DNA from: Octopus sinensis
Lineage: Eukaryota
DNA: 64,000 nucleotides
NCBI RefSeq assembly: GCF_006345805.1
Contig: NC_043002.1
Location: 9,672,001 to 9,736,000, forward strand
Direction of reading: 5' to 3'
The translations under genes and the position numbers were made by a program. Below are positions 38,215-50,467 of this stretch, piece after piece. The stretch's first letter is position 1, and every line of letters starts with the position of its first letter. The notes beneath the pieces were generated by a model that saw nothing but the letters and a program-made list of their open reading frames with translations, searched no databases and had not been told where the DNA came from.

Positions 38215-39600
38215 ATATATATATATGGGGAGAGTTTACGAAAAAAACAAAACAAACAAAAACAAAAGACGAAGACAGGTGGTGTACAAAACAAACAGAT
38301 GTATTGGTATAATGCTCAGGAATAGAAAAAGTATTTTACGTTTTGAGCCTACGCTCTTCTACAGAAAGGGACATAGAAAAAACAAGGAGAGAAACAAGGA
38401 GAGAAAAAATGTGTGTTGTGGCTAACGATCTATCTAACAATCTATTTGACGATCTAGATAGATAGACAGACAGACAGATAGATAGATAGATAGGGAGAAT
38501 TTACAAAAAAAACAAAAGATGGAGACAGGTGGTGTACAAAACAAACAGATGTATTAGTATAATGCTCAGGAATAGAAAAAGTCTTTTACATTTCGAGCCT
38601 ATGCTCTTCTACAGAAAGGGACACAGAAAAAACAAGGAGAGAAAAACACGTGTGTAGTGGCTAACGCTCTATCATGGCGTATATATATACATGCGATGGA
38701 TTCTCCCGTCGTTAGACGATGTATGATGGTTGGACAATTTCGTACCGAGCAACCACACAGATAATTTGTTAATAGTGATCAAATGTTTGTGTAGACATAA
38801 GCTCACTCCTTCCATCAGATCAGCATTACTGGCACAAGTGCAATGGCTGCCACGTGGTCGCAGAGCAATGTGAAATGAAGTGCTTTGCTCAAGAACACAA
38901 CGCAACGCCCGATCTGGGAATCGAATCCATGATCTCGTAATCGTGAGTACAACGCCCTAACCACTAAGCCATGCACCTTCACACACACACACACACACCT
39001 ATACACGCACATATCTTGTGTCTTGGGAGGGTCATTACACCAACAAGACTAAACACACGCACTGGTTCAATAACACTTTCTAACTTTTAGTCACTCGGCT
39101 AAATATCTAACCGACTATCTAAACGATCGTTTCTTTAATGTGCCAATTGGCTATTTAACAGAATAGATGCACCCACGCGTGTGCTTGCGTGTGTGTATCT
39201 GTGTGTGTGTGTGTGGGGGGGGCATGTGAGTGCAGGCATAGTTATATAGGCACATATATATATTTATTTATTACCCACAAGGGAGCAAACACAGAGGGGA
39301 CAAACAAGGACAGACAAACGGATTACGTCGATTACATCAATCCCAGTGCGTAACTGGTACTTATTTAATCGACCCCGAAAGGATGAAAGGCAAAGTCGAC
39401 CTCGGTGGAATTTAAACCCAGATTGTAACGGCAGACGAAATACGGCTATGCATTTCACCCGGCGTGCTAACGTTTCTGCCAGTTTGCCCCTGTAATATAT
39501 AGGGACATATATAGTGTAGGGTTAGAATGAGAGTAGGATGCATGGAAATCAATATTTATTAAATACCTGTAATTACGAATAATTCAGTACACAACCATAC

Positions 39601-39643
39601 GCTACATTGACAAAGGGCAAATACCCTGAAACGCGTCTGTAGC
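39601..39643 (+). ncRNA. Type I hammerhead, U3-A8 variant (diverged copy)
   Basis: GCTACA-TTGACAA-AGGG CAAATA CCCT-GAAA-CGCGTC^-TGTAGC; compensatory change in helix II. Confidence 0.7.
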
Positions 39644-41370
39644 TGTCTGACTGGCAGTGTGAAGCGGCTGACCTCCCTTGTTCGAAGGTTATAATGGACA
39701 CAGTTTGTGTGTCAAATAGCTAGCTTAAGGCGATGGCCTCATGGAGCTAATCAGCGACAGCTTTAGTCTAATATATCTATAAGACTACCATATTAATATG
39801 GCGATAACAATTAATTTCCAGTAACGCTGCCGTAATCTCTTTTAGAGAGACTTAGTAATTTTAATATTTCTATATATATATATATATATGGTAGGATTAA
39901 AATGACATTTGGATACAAGGGAATCCATACAAATAAATACATGTAATTATGAACAATTCCAATACACAATCATCCATACACATCCACGCAACGCGCAGAC
40001 GCGCAAGCACGGCCACATACACGCCTACACATCCACGTACATGCACGTACAAATATAAATATCTACAGAGAACAGAGTCCAGTAGCTAAGGGGAAATTAG
40101 AGATAAGGAAAGAAACAAGGAGAGAAGTGAGTATAACTAAACAGGAATTATACAAGTAAGGTGGCTCAACAGAGCCTAGGAAATGGGACCTTAACCAAAG
40201 GCCATGATTGGTTGGCTTTGGCCAGTGGCGCGAAATAAAGGCATCCGTTGACAAAACCCAGTGAAAGGAGAGATAAAAACAATCCACAAGTGCCACTCCA
40301 ACCCGACTGTCAAATATTGGTGCGGGATGAAACCACATCGTTCTCACGTCTCTCTGGATAAAATTGTGACACAGTTGGTTCCATGTTCTACATCATGCTT
40401 ACTTTACTTTTGCTGTTTCTCGTGTCTCTCATAAGTATTGGCTTCTCAATCAAACTGCTTTAGCCAGGCTCTCCTCTTTTTCCGTTTGATTTCTTTGATT
40501 CCAGTATCTCTCTCTTCCTTTATTTCTCTATTGGAATATTCATACATCCCGTGTCCGTTTTTGTTTCGCCATTGTATTCACCTATAATCACTTTCATTTT
40601 CAGAGTGATCTTTCTACCCCCAAAACACTTTATATATTTCTTTATTGCCCACAAGGGGCTAAACGAAGAGGGGACAAACAAGGACAGACAAAGGGATGAA
40701 GTGGATTATATCGACCCCAGTGCAAAACTGGTACTTTATTTATCGATCCCGAAAGGATGAAAGGCAAAGTCGACCTCGGCGGAATTTGAACTCAGAACGT
40801 AACGACAGACGAAATACCTATTTCTTTACTACTCACAAGGGGCTAAACACAGAGGGGACAAACAAGGACAGACACACGGATTAAGTCGATTATATCGACT
40901 CCAGTGCGTAACTGGTACTTATTTAATCGACCCCGAAAGGATGAAAGGCAAAGTCGACCTCGGCGGAATTTGAACTCAGAACGTAGCGGCAGACGAAATA
41001 CGGCTACGCATTTCGCCCGGCGTGCTAACGTGTCTGCCAGATCGTCGCCTTCCCCAAACACTTTATAGACAGATACCTTACCCTTTACAGAGGAATGTTA
41101 TCGAACGAAATTGGTCCATCGATAATGTCCTCTCCTACTCAGGTATCAGGAAGATCTCTGCTAAGCAGCATCCTCTCACAGTGGTTCCTTTCCCCCACAC
41201 TCCTCGTTGTAATGGGCTCTTTTACATTATGAAGACGATAGACAAGTGTGCGAAAATTTTGTATGTGATTCTATTATCGCCTGGTACACTTTCGGATCTC
41301 GCCTTTTGCACAAAGAACTTTTATCTATATCACTGGGTACATGTATAAAGTTAAGGTGCTATTTATTTAG

Positions 41371-41750
41371 AGAGGCGCAATGGCCCAGTGGTTAGGGCAG
41401 CGGACTCGCGGTCATACGATCGCGGTTTCGATTCCCAGACCGGGCGTTGTGAGTGTTTATTGAGCGAAAACACCTAAAAGCTCCACGAGGCTCCGGCAGG
41501 GGATGGTGGTGATCCCTGCTGTACTCTTTCACCACAACTTTCTCTCTTACTTCCTGTTTCTGTTGTACCTGTATTTCAAGGGGCCGGCCTTGTCTCACTC
41601 TGTGTCACGCTGAATATCCCCGAGAACTACGTTAAGGGTGCACGTGTCTGTTGAGTGCTCAGCCATTTACACGTTAATTTCACGAGCAGGCTGTTCCGTT
41701 GATTCGGATCAACCGGAACCCTCATCGTCGTAACCGACGGAGTGCTTCCA
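41371..41750 (+). mobile_element. tRNA-derived SINE family 2 (also 45826-46207 + with ~12-bp TSD accgtaaggagg; relatives 1249-1548 -, 28505-28802 +, 38690-38980 -)
   Basis: Box A TGGCCCAGTGG, box B GGTTTCGATTCC; two near-identical copies. Confidence 0.85.
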
Positions 41751-42019
41751 ACAAATATTTATTTAGATGCATGTGAGTATAACGTTGTTAAAACAAATTA
41801 ACTCCACAGTTACAATATTTTTTTCATATTTTTCAGCTTGCCGGCTTAGAAGATCTAAAAAAGACAATATTTGTAGATGAGACACTCTTGATCCCGAGAT
41901 ATACTTCAAAAGTTCATCGCCAGTTGTATATCCTGGCCACAATGCAAGAGCTTGTAAACGATTTACACACTGCTGAATACGCACTTAAGCATTATCTTTC
42001 ATAACCTGAATGTACTTTA

Positions 42020-42322
42020 ACACACACGCACGCATGCACACACACACACACACACGCACGCATGCACACACACTCACGTATGCACACACACACACACATA
42101 CGCACGCAGGCACACACACACACGCACGCATGCACACACACACACATGCATGCACACACACACACACACGCACGCACACATGCACGCATGCACACACACA
42201 CACACATGCACACGCGCACACACACACGCATGCACACACACACACACGCACGCATGCACACACACACATACATGCACACATGCACGCATGCACACACACA
42301 CACACGCACACATGCACATACA
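42020..42322. repeat. (CA)n/CACGCATG compound microsatellite
   Basis: Read directly. Confidence 0.95.
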
Positions 42323-42354
42323 TCATTTAATATACACAGTATTTAAAAGACCTA

Positions 42355-42833
42355 CTGATAGTTTCATGCTTTAGAGATACAATAAATTGGCGGATTTATA
42401 TGACATGGCACCTATCTCCAAGCAATCTTTCAGTCCAAGTGCACATCGTTAGATGTTTTTAAAAATCAGGATGCCGATCTATGAGAAAACATGAACAATG
42501 GAGGGCACCAAACGCTCCGCATTGAGTTGCAATCTCCCACACTTTGGCCTCCTTTCTGATCTGCTAGAAGATTATGGTTTCCAGAGACAAAGAAACCGAA
42601 GTGCTAGGTGTTCCTACTTTTCTTTTCCGTTCTTCTTGTTCCACTTTTTCATCGACCTTTTTCGAGTGATTTTTTTTCTCGTTTCCCCTCCCCCCCCTCT
42701 TATCTCATAGACCAACTTCCTGCTTTTTAGATACATCAGATATGCACTGAGTATGAAAGATTGCTTGGAGGTTCATGGCATGTTGTATAAATCTGCCAAT
42801 TTATTGAATCTCTGAAGTATACAACTATTGGTA
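42355..42833. mobile_element. MITE with ~120-bp imperfect TIRs
   Basis: caataaattggcggatttata...ctccaagcaatctttca vs tgaaagattgcttggag...tataaatctgccaatttattg. Confidence 0.6.
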
Positions 42834-42863
42834 GCTCTTTTATTAAATGTGTTTATTAAATGA

Positions 42864-43246
42864 CTAGCAGTATCGCCCGGCGTTGCTCAGGTTTGTAAGG
42901 GAAATAACAATAAAGCATTTTTAGAGAGTTATAGCCAAAAAATAGCAAAAAAATGGAAAAAAAATGATGGTAAATTTTTTTGAGAGTTAAAAAAGGTGGA
43001 GTTGCGTCCCCTAGACGGTCTGTGGTTTGGGTTTATGATTCTCGACCCCATGTCGAATTTATCGATTTTTTTCAGAACTGGGAGAACTTTTCAAAATTTT
43101 CGCTGCGTTAGTTTTGAATTATGACATTGGGCTATGTGTGTGTCAAGTTTCATCAGAATCGGTTGAAAGCCGTGGTCAGAGTGAGGGTACGAGAAAACAG
43201 ACACACAGAAAACGCACAGACAAACTGCCGTTTATATAGAGAGAGA
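42864..43246 (-). mobile_element. Non-autonomous Helitron (different 5' half)
   Basis: Shared CTAG/hairpin end; TCTCTCTCTATATAAACGGC start. Confidence 0.72.
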
Positions 43247-43779
43247 TATTTATCTTTCACAGGATGGAGTACATTTTACTGATCTTACCGATGTATATAT
43301 GTATGTGTGTTTTTATATATATGTATAATATATGTAAAATATATGTATGTATATATATATATGTATATGTCTGTGTGTGTGTGTGTGTGTAAAAACAAAA
43401 TGGGACAAGAACGCAAAACATCCAGATAGTTAGGTGATACAAAAAAGGGAGAACAAAACATCCTGACAGACGGTACAAAGAAAACAAGGACGGGTCATTC
43501 GGAGTTTTCTATCCTCAGTCGAGTTCCAGAATATCTTTGCAATTTCGACTGGTTATACTCCAGATTACTCCAACCTGGCCAGCCCTAAGGATAAACTAAG
43601 CTAAGAGCATTAGATTCCTTGGAAGAAAGCAGCGAATGTATACAAAAACAAGGACTAAAAAGACGGTGAAATGTTACACAAATACAAATGCAATTAACAG
43701 GACATAACAGGTGTCTATATATATATATATATATTCATTCATGCATACATAATACATCGATACATACATATATATATTA

Positions 43780-44170
43780 CTAGCAGTATCGCCCGGTGTT
43801 GCTCAGGTTTGTAAGGGAAATAACTATATAAGCATTTTTAGAGAGTTATAGCCAAAAAATAGCAAAAAAATGGAAAAAAAATGATGGTAAATTTTTTTTT
43901 AAATCGTTGACTCATCGTAGAAATTTTTAGAGAGTTACTTCCCTTATATAATAGCGAAAAAATGCATCAAAATGGAAAAAAATGATGGTAAATTATTTTT
44001 TAAATTGTAGACTCATCGTAGACGTGCGCTAATACCCAGAAGGGCTCGATATGAATCACGACTATAAGATACCCGGTTTTGGTTACACTGCACCACAAAA
44101 TGTGGGAGTAGTTAGGAATCTAAAACGTAGGAGACAGACACACACACAACTTCACTTTTATATATAAAGA
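43780..44170 (-). mobile_element. Non-autonomous Helitron
   Basis: Same termini as 23508-23812. Confidence 0.78.
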
Positions 44171-44199
44171 TACACATACACACACACGTGTGTGTGTAT

Positions 44200-46850
44200 G
44201 TATGAATTCGAGTAGTATATCCTTGATCAGGAGTGGTTAGAAAGTCACCATTGGTTTCGCGTCTACTTTTGTCCAGAACAAATAGACGAATCATCAGATA
44301 TGCTGGCCGAAAACACGTAGCTTCTTTCCTGAAAGAGGTGAATATACAGTCTGGGTCAGTTTGGTGGTGGCAAAACGGAAACGAAATAAACCCCCTCTTT
44401 CTGAGAGGGAAAGGACAGTTGCCTTCTATTGTATGAGTCCAGCTGTGGCTGAAGTGGGTCAGCTGTGCCTGCGTCCCGTCTTTTCCGCTCTGTTGTTGGA
44501 AAACGGGTAAGACCACATTTCCAAAATGAATTTTCTCTCATGACGACAGTGGCTAAAAATTTCACTTTTTGAATTCAAGATGGTGCCTGGATCCTGCGAA
44601 CTTTTTATGATCATTGCCAATTCGGCTAACAAAATTTTTTCTCTCTTCTTCCGTTTGATATGACCAAGGTGGCTGAAGCAACTTCCAGTTAATTTTATAT
44701 GGCAATCCTTCCTCTTTAATCATCATATACAGCTGGCTAATGTAACTCTTTTAGAGTCATCTCTGGGGCTTATAGTTATTTAGCATGGCTTTAAAAGGGT
44801 CCTTCGTTGCTTCAACTTGTTACTGTGTGTGTTCTTTCGTTGATGTTACTATTACTGCTGTTACCGTTGGGGAGCTTGTGAACGTTCACTAATATCTTTT
44901 GTACAGTAGGCACATAGTTAAACGAGATCCTTAAATTATATCTATTAAATAACCCCCTATAACTATGGAGCAGTGTGAAATGCTTGTCTACTAATCTAAG
45001 AAAGACCCTTTCCACTCAAGTTTTGACGTTGAGTGAGAAGATGTGGAGCAAACCAGGGGACGTTACAGCGGTGTTTTCTTTTGTTGAGGCTAGGTTCCAG
45101 CGTATAGGTGATGCAGTTCTGAAACCCGCTGGCTGCTAGAGCTTCATTGTAATAGGGGCCGCTGCATTAAAAACGTATTTATTTGAAGATGATTTCGAAA
45201 TTCTCTTACTGACATTCTTCACAAGGTTTTGAAACAATATAGACAGATGGCAGGAGGCTGTGTTCATATACAACAATGTGTCATTAGTTTTGCTGTAGGG
45301 CCTGAATAAACTGGTGCCCAAATCGAGCGTTACATCTAAAGAATTAACTATGGTATGGTTAATCTCAATGGTAACCTAAAGACTGAGGAATGTGTGTGAA
45401 TCAAGTCTCTTTTAAGTTTGTACAGGGTGTGGTCTTCGTGCATTTACACATGGTTAGAGTGTCATCTCTCTATAGACCAAAGTGGACAGACTTAATTAAG
45501 GTGTCAAGTATATATAATTCTACTAGGTCGCAGATATCCGCGCCAGCGGATGCTTTCATCGCCACATCGAAGGAACCTTCTGGGTCAGTTTGGTTGGCCC
45601 ATACCAAATCTTTGTCGAACTGCTGGGATTTTCTGGCGTGCATTAGTGTCTCTAAATCCCGCTCACTAACAACAATAAACTCCATAGCAAATTTAAGCGC
45701 CCTTCCTAGTAAGCCTTTCGATATAGATGGATAAAAGTCCACTATATTAAATTGGATGAACCTTGTTCTGCTTAACCCTGGTTTGCCTTAAACCATGAAA
45801 TTACTTCATTGGTATTATACCGTAAGGAGGCGCAATGGCCCAGTGGTTAGGGCAGCGACTCGCGGTTGTAGGATCGCGGTTTCGATTCCCAGACCGGGCA
45901 TTGTGAGTGTTTATTGAGCGAAAACACCTAAAAGCTCCACGAGGCTCCGGCAGGGGATGGTGGTGATCCCTGCTGTACTCTTTCACCACAACTTTCACTC
46001 ACTCTTACTTCCTGTTTCTGTTGTACCTGTATTTCAAGGGGCCGGCCTTGTCACTCTCTGTGTCACGCTGAATATCCCCGAGAATTACGTTAAGGGTACA
46101 CGTGTCTGTGGAGTGCTCAGCCACTTACACGTTAATTTCACGAGCAGGCTGTTCCGTTGATCGGATCAACCGGAACCCTCGTCGTCGTAACCGACGGAGT
46201 GCTTCCCACCGTAAGGAGGGACCTGATTCTTTCTTTATGGCGTCGTTCATCCTCCTCAAAATATTCTGAATCATCAGCCCGATTTCCGATTTAACTGAGT
46301 TAATCAAGCATCAGGTAGCATCAGAGACAAAGTTCGGCTTATGATTCTTGTTCATAATCTTTATATACAAAAGAGAGGTTATGTGCTGTCTGTCTCCTAC
46401 GATTTAGATTCCTAACTACTCCCACATTTTGCGGTGCAGTTTAACCAAAACCGGGTATCTTATAGTCGTGATTCATATCGAGCCCTTCTGGGTATTAGCG
46501 CGCGTCTACGATGAGTCTACGATTTAAAAAAAAATTTACCATCAATTTTTCCCATTTTTAATGCATTTTTGGCATATATAAGGGAAGTAACTCTCTAAAA
46601 ATTTATTATTAAATCTCAGAACGTAAAAAGCTACAGTAACACCCCCCCTTTGTGGTTAGCCATATTGAGATGGCTATTATACTTTACATCTCTAAAAATG
46701 CTTATATAGTTATTTCCCTTACAAACCCGAGCAACGCCGGGCGATACTGCTAGTTAAATATATTCCTCTTAGCTAAGGTTTCCACTCTGTCAGCTATTTC
46801 TAGAGCCTAGCTAACTCTTTAGGCTCGTTGTTTATGCTTTCGCATGTATG
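44200..46850 (-). mobile_element. Degenerate Penelope-like element (RT + GIY-YIG end + terminal repeat), interrupted by a SINE and a Helitron
   Basis: LINSVKSEIG, DFYPSI...HARKS...FDVAM...ADICDLV, RPYSK, LVDKHF...FNRYN, LNSKSEIFSHCRHERKFIL. Confidence 0.75.
46358..46753 (+). mobile_element. Non-autonomous Helitron inside the Penelope-like relic
   Basis: A|TCTTTATATAC...cccgagcaacgccgggcgatactgCTAG|T. Confidence 0.78.
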
Positions 46851-46896
46851 AAGGAAAGCTTACCTATAGTTTTGTATGAAAATATTCCTTCATCAT

Positions 46897-47130
46897 TAAG
46901 GCGTCGGGCTGGCAGAATCATTAGCACGCCAGGCGAAATGCTTAGCGGTATTTCGTCTGCCGTTACGTTCGGAGTTCAAATTCCGCCGAGGTCGACTTTT
47001 CCTTTCATCCTTTCGGGGTCGATTAAATAAGTACCAGTTACACAGTGGGATCGATATAATCGACTTAATCCGTTTGTCTGTCCTTGTTTGTCCCCTCCGT
47101 GTTTATCCCCTTGTGGGTAGAAAAGAAATA
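46897..47130 (+). mobile_element. SINE family 3 (also 1-96/509-578 +, 2545-2722 -, 12715-12870 +, 31700-31835 -, 33600-33840 -, 39260-39490 -, 40635-41050 - dimer)
   Basis: gagttcaaattccgccgaggtcgactttgcctttcatcctttcggggtcga core repeated many times. Confidence 0.85.
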
Positions 47131-47649
47131 GCTATTCCTTCATCATAAGTGTCAGTATCTATTCTATATAGTTTTGTTTTGTTTTCGCTTTATCAGAGAA
47201 AAGTAAAGCCTTATTTAAATGTCTAAGGAGGCAGGTATCTGAAGTAAGCTTCTGTTGAAAAAGGTTAGAGAACTTACAGAATTTCAGTTTGGCGGTGATG
47301 CTTCAAAGGCCTTTCATTCTTTGATTCTGGATGGAAAACTTCTACATTTGATGTTGTAAGTATTGGATAACGAGGGCAGGCTTTCCATTTCGTGCACCTT
47401 GTTAGCTTGGTGATCTTTCTGAGGAGCCTCCTAATGTAGTTTGTTTGACGGTGTGGGTGCATTTTTGGTAACCCAAATCTTATAATTCCATGTCCGCAAA
47501 GAGAATATAGTGGCCTGTTGTCATATACTCTGCGACCAAGAAAAGAAGTAGGCCAGCCTAAATAACCACAGGTCTTCTGTTCGGATTCGTGAGATGATCC
47601 TAAAAGAGTTACAACATTACCAAGCTATATATAGCGATTAAAAAAGAAG

Positions 47650-48090
47650 GGAACATCATATAATTTTAACCAGAAGCTGTTTGAACAATCTCAACCGTAT
47701 CACAACAGAAGCAGACAATGCAAGTTTTCTTAGCTGAGATGGCAGTGATCTCCACAAAATTCGCAAAAGAATACAAAATGTGAAGTTTTTGATAACTACC
47801 CTCATGACAGAAAATTCATTTTGAAAATGTGGTCTTCCCTGTTTGCCGACCAGAGAACGGAAAAAAGCGTATGCAGGTACAGTTGACCCGCTTTGGCCAC
47901 AGCTGGAATCGTACAACGGGAGACAATTATTTTTTCTCTCTCAGGTTCTTCTTCCATTTCGGTTTTTTCCACCACTAAACTGACCAAATTTACCTCCATC
48001 AGTAAACAGGCTATGTACTTCTGATCAGCATATCTGATGAGCCATGGCAATAGTAAACACGAAACCAATGATAACTTTCTGACCAGTTAT
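47650..48090 (+). mobile_element. 3' end of a second, diverged Penelope-like copy, inverted relative to the first
   Basis: Homologous to 44200-44620 in the opposite orientation; carries CTGATGA...GAAAC. Confidence 0.6.
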
Positions 48091-48364
48091 GTGTTATGAC
48101 CAAGTATATACTACTAGCATACATAATAGTATAACTACTCATAATTTCTATTAGAGTGCGGTTTTTTTTTCTGAATTATAGACAACTTTTTCTCTGTGTG
48201 TGTGTGTGCGTGTGCCTCTGTGTGTATGTGCATGTGTGCGTGCGTGTATTTCCTACACGCACACATATATATATATAGAGGGGGAGAATGAGAGATTTAT
48301 ACGGAAATAACTAACTTTTAAACAGTCTCTTGAATAAATGTGATCCATCCTTATTTGCATATTC

Positions 48365-48428
48365 AAATAAATGTTCTCTCCTATACATACATACATACAT
48401 ATTTACATACATGCATACATGCACACAC

Positions 48429-48459
<31 letters not shown>

Positions 48460-48677
48460 CATGCATACATAGATACATATATAAATACATACGTAATACA
48501 TACATATTTACATATATACATACATACATACATACATACATACACACACATACATAAATACATACATACATACATAAATACATACATACATAAATACTAC
48601 ATACATACATACATACATACATACATACATACATACATACATACATACATACATACATACACATATCTATATATATA
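48365..48677. repeat. (TACA)n-rich microsatellite
   Basis: Read directly. Confidence 0.95.
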
Positions 48678-49444
48678 TCAGGTTGAGTAAAAAGTAAGCA
48701 ATGTATTCCAAAAATGCAGAAATTTTATTCATCAGAGTAAGTACCATTACAATCACCACATTTTTACTTACGAGTTATAAGTTTATTTATTCCGGTAACA
48801 TAAAAATCTGGAGTTCTGGAGCTGATGAACTCTTTGAATGCACTTTCAGCATCAGTTTGATTTTTGAGCTCCTTCTCTCTCAGGAAACCACCAAGGTGCT
48901 TGAAAAATTGGTAGTCAGTAAGAGAAAGGTCTGGGGAATAAGCTGGGTGGGGAAGAACTTCGTAGCCAAATTCTCTCAACTTCTGGAGTGTCGTTAATGA
49001 ATATATTTCTGCAGTAATGGTTTTCCCCGGGTTTTAAGAAGTTTTAGTGGATGAGTCCTGCAGTACGCCAAACAGTCACCATAACTTTCGGATCTTTTCG
49101 GTTTGAATGGCAGTTTTTTTCTAGCGGTGTCATATGAAATTGTCACCCATAATTATAACCCTAGTATCGATCTATTGCATTTCAATCTGTTTTAGGGTTA
49201 GGGTTAGGGGTGGGGCGAAGGGTATCTTTTTTTCTTCGGAAATGTAAATAAACCAATCTGTTTCTTAAATGAGGGACATATTTATACGGCACAGAATGTT
49301 TTTTTACCTCAATGGACGTCATTGATTGGTTGAAATTGCAGAAATTGAAGAAAAAACAACAAATATCTTACAAACGCAGTGGGATTACACGCAGTGGGAT
49401 TGAACCGGAACCATGTGGTTGGTTAGCAAGCTACTTACCCACAG

Positions 49445-49450
49445 CCATAC

Positions 49451-49481
<31 letters not shown>

Positions 49482-49523
49482 CATATATTATATATACATA
49501 TATATACATATATATATATATAC

Positions 49524-49584
<61 letters not shown>

Positions 49585-49787
49585 GATACATATATGTATA
49601 CATATATATGTATATATATATTTGTGATATATATATAATATATATGTATATATATGTACATGTACATGTATATATATATTATGTATACATATATATATAT
49701 ATATATGTATACATATATAATATATGTATACATATATATATATACATATATATATATATTATACATATATTATATATATATATATAT

Positions 49788-49823
<36 letters not shown>

Positions 49824-49858
49824 CTATATCTATATATATATACATATATATATATAAT

Positions 49859-49890
<32 letters not shown>

Positions 49891-49927
49891 TATTATAACA
49901 TATAATATATCTTATATATATATATAC

Positions 49928-49962
<35 letters not shown>

Positions 49963-50012
49963 ATATATATTATTATATATATATATCTATATATATATAT
50001 ATATATATATAT
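49445..50012. repeat. Long imperfect (TA)n microsatellite (continues 56405-56525)
   Basis: Read directly. Confidence 0.95.
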
Positions 50013-50237
50013 AATAGAAATATAAAATTACTAAGTCCTCTAAAAGAGAACAACGGCAGCGTTCCCGGAAAATATTAGTTATCGCCATACTAATATGGCA
50101 TTCTTATAAAAATAAGAAAAAAGCTGACCGCTTAATAGCTCCATGAGGCCATCGCCTTAGTTAGCTATTTGATACACAACTGTATCCATATAACCTTGAA
50201 CAAGGGAGGTCAGTCGCTCCACACTACTTGGCCGGCA

Positions 50238-50279
50238 GCTCCAGACGCGTTTCGGGGTATTGCCCCTTTTCAATGCAGC
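50238..50279 (-). ncRNA. Type I hammerhead, U3-A8 variant (inverted copy, one helix I mismatch)
   Basis: Reverse complement GCTGCA-TTGAAAA-GGGGCAATACCCC-GAAACGCGTC-TGGAGC. Confidence 0.65.
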
Positions 50280-50467
50280 GTAGCCAAACCAGTAGGTGTC
50301 GCTTCCGACAATCTCTGTTCAAAGGTTTTATTTACCTAGCTTCGGTGGAATACATCCACTTGTTTTCAATAATAGAAATATTAAAATTACTAAGTCTCTC
50401 TAAAAGACTAGGTAAATAAAAGCTTTGAACAGAGATTGTCGGAAGCGACACCTACTGGTTTGGCTAC

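Noticed and set aside
40380-40465. Signal-peptide-like MFYIMLTLLLLFLVSLISIGFSIKLL*
   Set aside because: Ends in a stop with no good donor; lies in pyrimidine-rich sequence that yields hydrophobic codons by chance.
41985-42374. Many ORFs rich in His/Thr or Val/Cys (also 24024-24360, 26192-26862, 48311-48690, 49312-49945, 10702-10938)
   Set aside because: Translations of (CA)n, (TACA)n and (TA)n microsatellites; not genes.
43400-43700. Interspersed repeat with CTGAGGA and GAAA motifs on -
   Set aside because: The motifs are not arranged as a hammerhead that I could fold; treated as an unclassified repeat.
47250-47480. Possible GIY-YIG-like fragment on -
   Set aside because: Too degenerate to assign.
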